A DNA stretch of 53,116 nucleotides, filler included, from Barthelona sp. PAP020 (Eukaryota): the NCBI GenBank assembly GCA_040182905.1. It is 2 parts of 2 records of this genome, joined end to end, with 100 filler letters (N's around TTAATTAATTAA, not from the genome) between each part and the next. Parts side by side here need not be neighbours in the genome. Positions count along the whole stretch, not along the records: positions 1 to 26,544 come from JARQWU010000137.1; positions 26,645 to 53,116 come from JARQWU010000138.1. One strand, 5' to 3'. Below, piece by piece: positions 20,848 through 31,765 of this stretch; position 1 is the first letter of the stretch; each line of letters opens with the position of its first letter. A program made the position numbers and the translations under genes. The notes under the pieces are model-generated. The model was not told the origin of the DNA and did no database searches. It saw only the letters and a list, made by a program, of their open reading frames with translations.

Positions 20848-21985
20848 AAAAAAGCAGGCAAATTCATGCCAACATTATTCACACCTCATGAAACACTTTA
20901 ACAAAATCTCATAAAATACAATAAGTGTTTTAATTTTTCAAGTTTAATGAGATGATTAAAATAGAAAGCAAATCTTCAAAATCTTTCCAAATTTATTACC
21001 TTTGCTCTTTTTTTTTTTAAGAGTTATAATGTTTACCAAAAAAGGTAGAATTGAGGATTATGAGAAATTTTTGAGTGAAAAAGAAAATCTTCTTGAACTA
21101 ACAAAATTCAATTCTAATTTTGTGATTCCTGAAGTAATTGAAACAGGTATTGTAAAGGAAGAAGGATATTCATTTATTTCAATGACAAAATTAAATTTAG
21201 GAGAGATACTTAATGAACATTATTTCGAAATTGGAAAAAACCTTGCAATTTTACATGATAACAGCATAAAATCCAAGGAAAGTACTAATTTTGGATGGCA
21301 TAAAAACAATTTTATTGGAGATAACAGACAAATCAATGATTGGAATGATAATTGGGTTGATTTTTTCATTACTTGTCGATTAGAATACCAGTTGTCACTT
21401 TTATCTTCTTTATATTCTGATTTAAAAGCGGAAATACGCAGTCTGTATGAAAAAATTCCAAAATTATTTGAAAATTACATCCCGGAGTGTTGTCTTGTTC
21501 ATGGTGATCTTTGGCAGGGAAATATTGGGGTTACTTATGATAATAAAGAAGAAAAAGTGTGTATATTTGATCCAGCAAGTTATTGGGGGGATGCAGAAGT
21601 GGATTTGGCAATGATTGAATTATTTGTTGCAGTTCCAAATGATTTTTATGACGGTTATAGATCAATAAGGAATATAGATTCAGGATATTTCAAAAGAAAA
21701 AGTCTGTATAATCTTTATCACTTGTTAAATCATTTAAACCTTTTCGGTTGGGGTTATTTTTACTCAGTTGAAGAAATGTTAGGCAAGGTTAAGAATTATT
21801 TGTTGTAAATATTGTACTTTACAGATTATTTTTGTTTTGTTTTTCTTATTGCAAACCTTTTGTCAAGACATCGTGAAGTTATTAACTTGTGTAAGGTCAA
21901 ACAGTTTCTTCTTAATGACTTGAAAATTCAAGACAATAGAACAAATTTAAAAAGAAAGTGTGAAAAAAAAAAAAGCAGGCAAATT
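20848..21985 (+). repeat. 17-bp direct repeat AAAAAAGCAGGCAAATT (20848-20864 and 21969-21985)
   Basis: Identical 17-mers read directly on both sides of the fructosamine-kinase gene. Confidence 0.8.
21029..21808 (+). CDS. fructosamine/ketosamine-3-kinase family protein (N-terminally short)
   Basis: FGWHKNNFIG..QINDW..NW..FF..RL..QL, LVHGDLWQGN, FDPASYWGDAEVDLAM, LYNLYHLLNHLNLFG..Y. First in-frame ATG at 21029. Confidence 0.9.
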   Translation: MFTKKGRIEDYEKFLSEKENLLELTKFNSNFVIPEVIETGIVKEEGYSFISMTKLNLGEILNEHYFEIGKNLAILHDNSIKSKESTNFGWHKNNFIGDNRQINDWNDNWVDFFITCRLEYQLSLLSSLYSDLKAEIRSLYEKIPKLFENYIPECCLVHGDLWQGNIGVTYDNKEEKVCIFDPASYWGDAEVDLAMIELFVAVPNDFYDGYRSIRNIDSGYFKRKSLYNLYHLLNHLNLFGWGYFYSVEEMLGKVKNYLL

Positions 21986-21996
21986 TTTTTACAATA

Positions 21997-22701
21997 TCAT
22001 TCTTGTTTGCCAATTTCTTCTTTAAGCTGTTGAACATTCTTCTTGTTCATTCGTTTGATTTTAATCAATTGAGGAACCATATATGAAGAACATACTAAAC
22101 CAGCAACAAAAGTACCACCAAGAACATCAAGGAAATAGTGTTGCTTCGTAGTTAATGTTGAAATCATTATGGAAATAGAGGTAGCAATGAAAAATAGACC
22201 CCATTTCTTATCAATAACAAAAACAGCAATAGCAAACATTACTGCCATTGCACAATGCTCAGAAGGGAAACAATTTGTAGGTTCATCAATCATATGCATA
22301 AGGTACCAAACATTTTTGAATAAAGAGTTTTGAATAATGGGAGTGTCATAGGGATTTGGTCTGAAATCGAGCATAGTTGTTGGGTAGACAAGAAAACATA
22401 TAGTATGCATTGCAATAAGTGCAGCAAGTGATTTAAGAACGACAAGAAATTCTTTATCTTTTTTAATATAAAATAAAACGGCAAATAAGGGTTGAATGTA
22501 CGAAAAGTTATAAAAAATTACTGAATAAGGAACAATAGGAATAGATTTTTCGAATTCAAATAAAAATAAATGCTTAGCACGATCACCAGTTAAAAGATTT
22601 GTTGAAAGATAACACAAAGCAAAAATTCCATACATAATAACCGACAAAATTAAATTTCGTCTGACAAAGGAGTTGGTTTCTTTCGAATTCACAGTATTCA
22701 T
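21997..22701 (-). CDS. PAP2-superfamily membrane phosphatase/phosphotransferase (IPC-synthase-like, bacterial-type)
   Basis: Multiple TMs; YPT...RP, DEPTNCFPSEH, STLTTKQHYFLDVLGG. ATG at 22701. Confidence 0.85.
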   Translation of the reverse strand: MNTVNSKETNSFVRRNLILSVIMYGIFALCYLSTNLLTGDRAKHLFLFEFEKSIPIVPYSVIFYNFSYIQPLFAVLFYIKKDKEFLVVLKSLAALIAMHTICFLVYPTTMLDFRPNPYDTPIIQNSLFKNVWYLMHMIDEPTNCFPSEHCAMAVMFAIAVFVIDKKWGLFFIATSISIMISTLTTKQHYFLDVLGGTFVAGLVCSSYMVPQLIKIKRMNKKNVQQLKEEIGKQE

Positions 22702-22777
22702 TTGAAAGAACAAAAAAAAAATTGAGACTAATTATTTTTTTTTGATTGTTATCCTCTTTCATTCGAATGATATTATT

Positions 22778-23068
22778 ATGAATTCTTTGTTAAGAATATT
22801 TGAGAATACTTACAGTGAAGAATCAGATCTTTTGTTGAATCAATATTTTGATTTTCTATTTTCTTTTTCCAACAACAAAAATCGTGAAATTAACAAGTAT
22901 TGTTTCAATGTTCAAAAGAAATTAGGTGAAATCAGTGAACATAAAGAAGCTATTGAGAAATTTATTTATAATATTGAAGAAGTAAATCAAAAGTCGAAAG
23001 AGTTGGATGATTGTTTAAATACAGCCATTAGTAATATGCAGGACAATATCGAAATTTTGAAAGATTGA
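22778..23068 (+). CDS. small coiled-coil protein, possibly BLOC1S2/BORC-like
   Basis: Heptad pattern; KLGEISEHKEAIEKFIYNIEEVNQKSKELD loosely resembles the BLOC1S2 core. Confidence 0.45.
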   Translation: MNSLLRIFENTYSEESDLLLNQYFDFLFSFSNNKNREINKYCFNVQKKLGEISEHKEAIEKFIYNIEEVNQKSKELDDCLNTAISNMQDNIEILKD

Positions 23069-23420
23069 TTTTCTTGTCAGTTTTGACTTTCATATTCAAA
23101 TAAATACACATTGATATTATTTTTCATTCATTCGAAAAGTTGTCCAAAAGTTGTTTATCTAGAACCAATATTTTTGGAGATGGGTTTCAATATTGAAAGG
23201 AAAGTACCTGTTCAAAAGGGTAATAATGATGTCGTTGATATCTTTATTCAAATTTGGAGATCACATTCAGAGAACAAATACACTTCCATTGTCTTGGTAT
23301 TACAGTAGTTTTGTAAACAAAGTTTCAAATTGTTTCTGTCGTTTTTTTTCTTTGAAATGAAATCTGAACGCAAAAAGAACAAAATTTATTAAAATAATAA
23401 TAATAGTAATTTGTTTATGA

Positions 23421-26393
23421 CTAAAAAGAAAATATCTCACATCCATTACCGGCAACAATTAAAAATTTTTCATTTTTAACAATTTTTTGAGGTAAGGTAA
23501 TGCAAATAGGAATTGTTTTTAAAAGGTTCAAATGATAATTTAAAATTTGAACCTCTCTACAATCATTGGTGACAAATATTTCTTTCTCTAAAACATCAAC
23601 AAAAATAGAACGAATTGAACAATTGGAAATTTGCCTATGATTCATCAAAGATAATTTGCCAGTCTCAAAATCAATGGCAGAACAATTTATTGAATGATCA
23701 TCACCAGTCGAAAAAATGAGACCATCATCAAAATCAATCATGAATTCAAACCCTCCAACAGCATGAGCTTGAACATTATCAATAATTGTTAACATAAAAT
23801 TTTCCAATAAAGGAATTTGGTTACCATTTTCCATGTCTCTTAATTTCAATTTTTGACTAAAAATATTTGAATCTTTGTTCAAAAGTTCAAAATATTCATC
23901 AAAAAAATCATTTAGATCAAAGGTAGTGAATATGCCACCATTATCCAAACCTAACAGATAAAATCTTGTATTATCTTGATTATGTATCATCTTAATTTTG
24001 GTGAAAAAAGAATTTATTGATAAGGAAGTCAACAAATGCCAAAATCTGCTATTTCGATTAAAATTAAAAATTGATAAAGAACCATCAGACATCGCAAAGA
24101 AAACAATGTAATTAGAATCATTCATGTAAACACATTCAATGGAAGTAACTCTACAATCAAAATTTCGACGATGTAACAATTTGCTTAAAAACGTCATTGT
24201 TGAATTATCAATTGAATCAATAGTATGAACAATAATTGTTTGTTTACCACCTCCTGAAAACAATAAATCGTCAATTCTTTTTAAGGTTTTAATACTTGCG
24301 ATGTGGATGGAATTACTAGCCTTTAATTTCAAAATGGGCCTTGAAATTTCATAAGAATATAATTTTCCATCCTCTCCAGCGGTTAGAATGGTATTTTTAT
24401 CGAGGAATAAACAATCATGTATGGTAAAATGATGAAAAATTTGTCCTAAATTGGGCAAAACTTCAATTTTATTATTTTCTTGTGAAAAAATGCCAAAACT
24501 TTTATCAAAAGTTTGTGCAACAGTTAAAACCAATTTTTCAATCTTTGATGATCCATGATATACTATTAAAGTATTGTCAAAACTAATAATTCCCAAAATT
24601 CGTTTGGAACTTTTCAATTTTATTCGATATAGTTCAACTCCTTCAATGGTACTTAGAATGAAATCATGAGAATTTAAGCCACAAACATATTTTTGGTCAA
24701 ATATCAATCTTTTTGGTGTTTTAATCGTTTGTGAAATGTTTTGTTGTGTTAAAATATCACCATTTATCTCATTGATACGTATCACATCATTGTTATCAGA
24801 TAAACATTGAAAATAGTGTTCTTTTTCAATATAACAAATGTCAACAATATTTGTGTTTAACAAATTGGTTTTCCATTCTTCAGTACAACAATTTATCCCA
24901 GAATCAATGCTATATCCACTAATACGATGATTATCTGTTGATATTATTGTTCTATTTTGACCAAAACCCACAGTAATAACATCATGTGTTGTTTCAACAA
25001 AAGTTATTTGATCAATTTCATCCACATCACTCACACAGACTTTCCAAACACCTCTATTCCTTGGAACTTTGATATAACATTCAATTGATGTAACATTGAC
25101 ATGAAACCACATCATCAATATTCTTGAATTAAATACATGTTCAAAAATACTTGTATTTTCATGAATAATATTGAATTGACCCTCTCTACCACCGATAAAA
25201 ATATACTTCTCATCATTTAGAACAACTATTGAAGCAAAAGTAATTGAAAAATTTGTATAACAAAGAATAGCATTATCTTCATCAATAATTAAACCATTTG
25301 AGGTGCAAAAATACGATTTTCCTGCATGATTAAATGCATAGGTAAACAATAATTTTTTAACATTATCACAGCATTCGTTATTCAGTATTTTTATATTCAA
25401 AATCTCTTTCATGCCTAAATCATCAGCATTCTTTAAAATAGTATTCAATGATAAATTAGTCACACAACCATCATCTCCACCAGTAGATACATACTTTTCG
25501 CACACATCAAGATGTCTAATGGGTGAATTCTTATGCAAAGCACAAGTTTTTAATAACTTATAAGATTTTGTTGTAATATCACATTTCCACATTCGAAAAC
25601 ATCCATCTTGTGATACAGAGCCAATAATTACACTTGTTTCATCAACTCTAATAATTTTTACATCATAAACTCTGTGTTTATGCCCATACATTTTTGAAAT
25701 CAACTCTGAATCAACATAAATATATATAGTCCAATCATCAGAACATGCTACTGTGATATCTTTACCATCATAATGACAAAAATCAGCATTGAACACAGCT
25801 CCCGTGATTGGCAAATTATTCAACTCCTTTTCTTCAATAATACTATATTTCCATACTTGTAACCCACCTCGTGATAATCCACATAACCCAATACAATCAT
25901 TGTCAGTCATAAAAAAATTCATTGAGTATAAAGTACCTGCATTTTTATATTCAAAAATACTCTTTATTTTTAAATCATAACTTAATTCATATATCATATT
26001 TGTGGCAAAACCAATAAAAAACGATTCAGAATAATCATTCCAAATAATTGCATGAATATGTAAGAATCTTTTCAATACAAGTGCATTTATAATTTCAAAT
26101 TTATCATCAATAAACGTTAACACAACAATTTTATTACACCCACATACTATCAAATTAATGTTTAAATCTTTTTCAAATGAATAAATACTTTGAATAATAA
26201 CATCATCAAAAACTATCAAAGCATCCTTTTCTTTGTCATTTAATACATCAAAAGCCAATAATAAACTGTTCTTTGCAACAAAAACAATGTTATTCAACTC
26301 TTTGCAAATATTCAAAGCAGTAATAGATCCATTTTGTGCAATAGGTTCATATTCTCGTATATTATTATTACTATTGTCAATTTCGAAATCCAT
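23421..26393 (-). CDS. WDR6: WD40 protein WDR6/Trm734 (tRNA 2'-O-methyltransferase partner)
   Basis: 990 aa; GHKHRVYD, SVSQDGCFRMW, STGGDDG, HHFTIHD, TAGEDG, FSGGGK, DCRV and STGDDHSI occur in WDR6 order. Confidence 0.75.
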   Translation of the reverse strand: MDFEIDNSNNNIREYEPIAQNGSITALNICKELNNIVFVAKNSLLLAFDVLNDKEKDALIVFDDVIIQSIYSFEKDLNINLIVCGCNKIVVLTFIDDKFEIINALVLKRFLHIHAIIWNDYSESFFIGFATNMIYELSYDLKIKSIFEYKNAGTLYSMNFFMTDNDCIGLCGLSRGGLQVWKYSIIEEKELNNLPITGAVFNADFCHYDGKDITVACSDDWTIYIYVDSELISKMYGHKHRVYDVKIIRVDETSVIIGSVSQDGCFRMWKCDITTKSYKLLKTCALHKNSPIRHLDVCEKYVSTGGDDGCVTNLSLNTILKNADDLGMKEILNIKILNNECCDNVKKLLFTYAFNHAGKSYFCTSNGLIIDEDNAILCYTNFSITFASIVVLNDEKYIFIGGREGQFNIIHENTSIFEHVFNSRILMMWFHVNVTSIECYIKVPRNRGVWKVCVSDVDEIDQITFVETTHDVITVGFGQNRTIISTDNHRISGYSIDSGINCCTEEWKTNLLNTNIVDICYIEKEHYFQCLSDNNDVIRINEINGDILTQQNISQTIKTPKRLIFDQKYVCGLNSHDFILSTIEGVELYRIKLKSSKRILGIISFDNTLIVYHGSSKIEKLVLTVAQTFDKSFGIFSQENNKIEVLPNLGQIFHHFTIHDCLFLDKNTILTAGEDGKLYSYEISRPILKLKASNSIHIASIKTLKRIDDLLFSGGGKQTIIVHTIDSIDNSTMTFLSKLLHRRNFDCRVTSIECVYMNDSNYIVFFAMSDGSLSIFNFNRNSRFWHLLTSLSINSFFTKIKMIHNQDNTRFYLLGLDNGGIFTTFDLNDFFDEYFELLNKDSNIFSQKLKLRDMENGNQIPLLENFMLTIIDNVQAHAVGGFEFMIDFDDGLIFSTGDDHSINCSAIDFETGKLSLMNHRQISNCSIRSIFVDVLEKEIFVTNDCREVQILNYHLNLLKTIPICITLPQKIVKNEKFLIVAGNGCEIFSF

Positions 26394-26544
26394 AAACTGT
26401 CAGATAATATATTGAAAAGAAATAAATAATGAACCATTGTTTCAATTTATGGAAGTTTTTGAGTGTCCACATGAATTAGAATGAGAACTGCGAGCTGTAT
26501 GGAAAAAAGGAAAAAGAATATATATTTACCTGACTTTTCTGATG

Positions 26545-26644
26545 NNNNNNNNNNNNNNNNNNNNNNNNNNNNNNNNNNNNNNNNNNNNTTAATTAATTAA
26601 NNNNNNNNNNNNNNNNNNNNNNNNNNNNNNNNNNNNNNNNNNNN
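26545..26644. other. artificial contig linker (44 N + TTAATTAATTAA + 44 N)
   Basis: Palindromic 12-mer with stops in all six frames, centred in an exactly 100-bp N block. Confidence 0.95.
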
Positions 26645-26777
26645 TGCATACAAGCGATTTAGGAGGATCTACATATGTTAGTAGTAGTCGTGGTGTATCC
26701 AATAACGCATCAAAATTTGTAAAGTAAATGAAAGCCATTTCTTCTTGTATTTCGGGAATATTTATGTTTATAGACAT
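26645..26777 (-). CDS. possible 5' fragment of a CDS truncated by the gap
   Basis: ATG at 26777, open to the N-run (MSININIPEIQEEMAF...). Confidence 0.3.
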
Positions 26778-26890
26778 GTTTTGTTAAATGGCATTTTCCT
26801 GTTAATATGAGGTAACTTGATGTGAACAACTTCAATAAAATTAAAGATCTTTCTTTTTTCTTTATTGTTTTTATTCTGTAAAAACAGAGG

Positions 26891-28267
26891 ATGAGCGAAA
26901 GTTGGGAAGCTTTTACAGCAAGACATTATCATCAATTATCGAATGAAATTTTGGATGATAAGGAATGCAGAGAAATATATGATGATACCATGAAATATAT
27001 TCAATCATTGGATAAACAAATAGAATTAAGTGAAAAAAAGCGATATTTTGCCGAAAAAATGGACATGTTATCAAAGTCAAAAAAAGTTCGTTACAGACCA
27101 AGTATTATCAAACAGAAATGTGAATTTTTTTGCAAAATTATTGTTAGAACGACTGAATATAATGATGCAAATGAATTTCTAAATGAGTTTTATGTACTTT
27201 TAAGATATATTTTACAAGAGTTTTCTAATATCAACAATCCTATTTTCAATTTGCATCATACCGACGATGAAGACATTATTGATATTAACTATAAGTCGAT
27301 TCAAGAGATGTACAACTATATAAATATGTTTTTGAATCAAAATTTAGCAAATCAACCTAAATATGAGTCTGTTTACCAAGCTATTGCAAATAAGAGCATT
27401 TTTGCCAATGAAACAGATGCCAATGATTTTGTTAGTGAATGTATGAGTGTATATGAAGTGCTGAGCGAGGCTAGATTGATTTGGGCCTATTTTACATTAC
27501 ACGAAGCCAAAGACTTTATCAAAGAGTTGAATATTACACTGAGAAGAAGGTATGAAGGGCTTTTCGATGAGATTACTAAAAGGAAAGTGCCACTGACTCT
27601 GAGTGATATTTTGTTTACCGATGGTTTATCAACTCCGTCATACATGCATTTTTCTCAAAAAGTCATCAATGAATACACACGCAGGAAAAATTTACGAATA
27701 GTCAATGTTTTAGGTAGACTTAGAGGGTATCTCGAGAAGTGTAGGAGCATTACTGCTGAGCTTATTAAAATACGGGAATCTCTTTTGATGAACTATCAAA
27801 AGAGAACTGGGTATGACCCACAGATCATCAGAATACTGTCTAAGTCAATAGAAAAGGAGTTGGTTACTCAAGGTGGTAATCAAGAAGAGTTGAGAACACA
27901 CATTGCTAAACTGGTAGATTATCATCAAAATGTGTTTGCTCCTTTGATTTCAAATATACCAATTATTGCTGATGTTGTTTGTTATCGAATGGGTCAATCT
28001 TTTGACCAAATCAGGAATAATTTCAGTCAAATTATTTCTGCACAGAATCCTCCAGTGGAATTTATTGCTGCTTTACGGGAAATTTCACAATATTTTAGTT
28101 CTAGACTGGATTACTGTGCTTTGGATCAAGGTGATATCCCCAAATTTAAGATATTGCAAAATTTGGAAAAGTTTGTTGAAGAAGATTCACAAAATAAATA
28201 TTTTTTGGAAATACCGCGTCAATTTATTGAAAGTGCTATTGGTGATGAGGACAATATATATTTGTAG
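26891..28267 (+). CDS. hypothetical helical protein
   Basis: 458-aa ATG ORF; no recognised motif; visibly more G-ending codons than neighbouring genes. Confidence 0.7.
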   Translation: MSESWEAFTARHYHQLSNEILDDKECREIYDDTMKYIQSLDKQIELSEKKRYFAEKMDMLSKSKKVRYRPSIIKQKCEFFCKIIVRTTEYNDANEFLNEFYVLLRYILQEFSNINNPIFNLHHTDDEDIIDINYKSIQEMYNYINMFLNQNLANQPKYESVYQAIANKSIFANETDANDFVSECMSVYEVLSEARLIWAYFTLHEAKDFIKELNITLRRRYEGLFDEITKRKVPLTLSDILFTDGLSTPSYMHFSQKVINEYTRRKNLRIVNVLGRLRGYLEKCRSITAELIKIRESLLMNYQKRTGYDPQIIRILSKSIEKELVTQGGNQEELRTHIAKLVDYHQNVFAPLISNIPIIADVVCYRMGQSFDQIRNNFSQIISAQNPPVEFIAALREISQYFSSRLDYCALDQGDIPKFKILQNLEKFVEEDSQNKYFLEIPRQFIESAIGDEDNIYL

Positions 28268-28590
28268 ATTGTTTCTGTTTTTTTTTGATTACTATAAATT
28301 CTATTGTTTTGTTTCATTTCTTTCTTTTTTTATATTTAATTTTGAATGAATTAAATTGGGGTTTAGGTTAGAAGGACATTTTTTCCTTTTTATTTTTTGT
28401 GATTACAAAATTATTTTCTATTTCAGTAATTACTTTATCTTATTGTGCTTGAATAGATCTCTTTAATGTACCTGTGACATAAAATCGAACAGTCTTTGAA
28501 TAAACAACCATCTTTTCAACTTTTCCACATTTCTTTTTTTAATAACCAATGCAGATAAAAATTAAAAATGATAAATAAAGCAATTTATAA

Positions 28591-29304
28591 TTACAAAGAT
28601 TTAAGGGCATTAACAACAGCAGAACGTTCAGTTGCAGTAACATCATTGATAATTGGAGTGTTTTCCTTATTCAATACTTTACGTGAATAATCACTCTTCC
28701 ATAACGAAAATACAGAAGCATGCATTAAAATAATTTCTTCCTTAAGATGACGAATAATACGATCAGAAGAAATAGGTGATCTTTCAATAGTTGGCCAATA
28801 ACTATCCTTAATACTCACATTAATAGCAAAACGATCGAATTTTCTTAAGATTTTTTTGAAAGCGGTGAAGTTCAAATCACAGTATTCTTGAAAATAGGAA
28901 AGATTATCGTATAATTTGCTAGTTTTCGTTTCCAAAGCCTGCAAAGCAGGGGATAAAAGATTGTTACGTGCTTCACTTCCAAAAGTTCCTTCAATTTTAA
29001 CTTTCAAAGGTTTTAAATGTAAATATTCATCACGTAATTGCAAAACTTTAACGTTAAATTCTTTTAATTTCTGATTGTAAAAGTTAAAAACTTTTCCTTT
29101 TTGTTGTTCGAAATATTGAATAAATTGAAGATGATCAGGGGAATTTTCTTCGACTAGGTATTAGTATTATTGTTAAGTTTAAAAAAAAATACTTCCATCG
29201 GCAGGAAACGTTTCAATTAAACGTTTTCCAGCTTTGTATGAACAATAATATTCAGCCCAAGGTTCAAATGAATTACTAGAAAGAACTTGAGAAAACTTAA
29301 CCAT
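28591..29304 (-). CDS. stand-alone SPX-domain protein, 2 exons (29304-29193, 29153-28591), 224 aa
   Basis: MVKFSQVL....EPWAEYYCSYKAGK; after splicing FIQYFEQQKGKVFNFY; YCDLNFTAFKKILRKFDR (SPX lysine cluster). Confidence 0.88.
29154..29192 (-). other. 39-nt spliceosomal intron
   Basis: GTATTT...TACTAAT-ACCTAG; contains an in-frame TAA; removal restores the SPX frame. Confidence 0.88.
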
Positions 29305-29722
29305 TCAAAAATTGTTTTTCAACAAAAAAACAATAACTCTTGTTTGTTTGCAGTTCATTTTTTTTCATTTTTTTTATCAACAATTTTTTCGTGAATAGGG
29401 TAAATAATTGTGAAAACTTACTTTTTTTTGGGTTTCAAAGGGTTTTCAAAAATTTTCTTGACATGGCAAATACTTCAATTTTAATATTTTTTGTGAAAAT
29501 AAAACGCTCAAATACTTATAAAGTTGTTTATGTTAAAATTTTTACCTTCAAAATGTGCTTGAAAATGTGTTAAAATGGAATTTTCTTTTTGAAACTAAAA
29601 TTGTTGAATTCTATTTTGTGAATAAATATCATTTGTATTATTTTTAATCAATTTATTATACTATTTGTTTATTTAAAAAAAATTTGAATGTTAAAATTTT
29701 TTATTGGTTTTTTATCATTTTC

Positions 29723-31765
29723 ATGAACAAAACACCAGGAAAGAAACCAAAAAGTCAACTTAGAACTCAACCTAAGACAAGCACTGTGAGATTATCTCAT
29801 GATCAAATTGTAATTTGAATTATCAATTTATTGTTTTCACTAACTGTTTTATAGGAATTTATTAAGCCACCAAATCAAGTTCAATTAACAGAAGAAGAAT
29901 TATCCATTCGATATCAAAGAGTTTTGACCGCTAATGATCCTCATGCTCCTCATAACATTGTGAGATTTCATCGTGAAATTGTAAATGGCAAACCTACCAA
30001 TGAATATAGAGTTGACCCTTCCATTAGTCATACTGCTGTACATTTATTTGTTGATGGACCATATGTATTGAAGGATTCTGCTGAATATCATGAGTCTACT
30101 TCTAAGAAAGATGCCCAAACTGATGACATGGCAAAGAATCAGTTCAATTTAGTTGGTCGTGGTACTCAAACTTTGAATTATCGAAAGAAAAAGGATGTAT
30201 CCACCGAAACTAATGTTCCTGGAAGATGTGAATTTGTTGGAATTGTTAATCAAGCTGTTATTTATGAAAAGTACCTTGAAGATTTTAAGAAAAATGCAAA
30301 ATCTGATGACGATTCTATTTTCAGTACAAATGTTGAGAAGAAGTCAACGAAACCCATGAATGACATGTCTTTGGAAACAAAGGAAGTCAATCAAGCCGTA
30401 AAGATCATGGAACGTATGGTCTTACAAAATGCTTATGCTGATATTGTCAACGATTTCATCACTTATGATAATCCTCAAGATCAATTTAACCCGATATCTG
30501 GTTCTTTATTGCCTTTATGGGAATTCCAACCTGTTAGCAAGAGTAAGTTGAAAAAATCGTTGCGTACTGTCACTGCCATTTCTTTCAACCCCCAATATTC
30601 AGATCTTTTTGTTGCTGCCTTTGGTTCATATGATTTTGAGCGTCAAGGTGGTGGTATGATTTGTTTGTTCTCCCTCAAGAATCCTCTTGTTCCTGAACTT
30701 TCCATCATGATTAATTCAGGTGTATTAGCTCTTGATTTCCATCCCCAAAGACCTCATTTACTTGCGGCCGGTCTTTATGATGGTTCTGTTGCCGTGTTTG
30801 ATATTTCTTCTGATAATCCTCAAATGCCTCTTCACAGATCAACTGCTCTTTCAGGTAAACATACTGAACCTGTCTGGGGTATTAGATGGTGGACAGAGGA
30901 TCTCTCTAGAGCATTGACTTTTTGTTCTGTTGGTGCTGATGGTTTGGTTTATCAATGGACTTTAGTGAAAAATGACTTGCAGTATCATTTGTTGGCCAAG
31001 GTGCCATTGTCAAAGAAGGGTGAACAAAGTGAAAATTTGAATTCGATGGCTTCTTGTTCATCTTTTGATTTCTTCCCGTTTTCTGATCAATTATTCCTGG
31101 TTGGTTCCGAAGAAGGTATTCTGTTCAAATGTTCTGCTGCATATTCTTCATCATATTTATCTGCCATTAATGCACATGTCATGACTATTTACGCTGTTCG
31201 TTCAAATCCATTCCACAATCGAGCTGTATTGACTGCTTCTGCAGATTGGACTATTAAATTATGGGATATTGAAAGAAACAATCCTTTGTTATCTTTTGAT
31301 CTTTCTGCTGCTGTTTCAGATGTTCAATGGTCACCATACAATTCATGTATTTTTGCTGCAGCTACATCTGATGGCAAAGTTCATATCTTTGATTTATCTG
31401 TTTCCAAACACATCCCTCTTTGCTCTCAACAGATTATTCAAAAAGGACATCTCACCAAAGTTATGTTTTCAAAAGAAGATCCTATTTTATTAGCTGCTGA
31501 TGATAGAGGTCGTATCTATTCATTCAAATTGAGTCCCAATTTAAGAAGAAAACCTGAAATTGATACTTCCAACAAGAAAAGTTCTGTCACAATGAATCTC
31601 TCTTTGGATAAATTGGATCAAGCTGGTTTGAATGATGAAGCTGAAACTGTTGAAGTGAGTAAAGCAGAGAAATTAGCCCAAAAGCAAATTGACCAAATGG
31701 ATGAAGTTTTTGCATTTGCAGAATCAGCTTGGGAAGCCAATAGTGAAAACAATGAAGAAGATTGA
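29723..31765 (+). CDS. DNAI1: axonemal outer-arm dynein intermediate chain 1 (IC78/ODA9), 2 exons (29723-29809, 29855-31765), 665 aa
   Basis: KPPNQVQLTEEEL..RVLTANDPHAPHNIVRF, NQFN, MERMVLQN, LLPLWEF, GSYDF, GKHTEPVW, WD repeats, KLSPNLR. Confidence 0.92.
29810..29854 (+). other. 45-nt spliceosomal intron
   Basis: GTAATT...CACTAAC-TGTTTTATAG; in-frame TGA inside; joins the ATG exon to the DNAI1 frame. Confidence 0.88.

Noticed and set aside
20848..20859. AAAAAAGCAGGC matches part of lambda attB / Gateway attB1
   Set aside because: Only 12 bp, half of it poly-A; the rest of the att core is absent and there is no vector or integrase sequence.
26545..26644. Palindrome TTAATTAATTAA inside the N-run as a biological element
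   Set aside because: It is a six-frame-stop scaffolding linker. The two halves of the window may not be adjacent in vivo.
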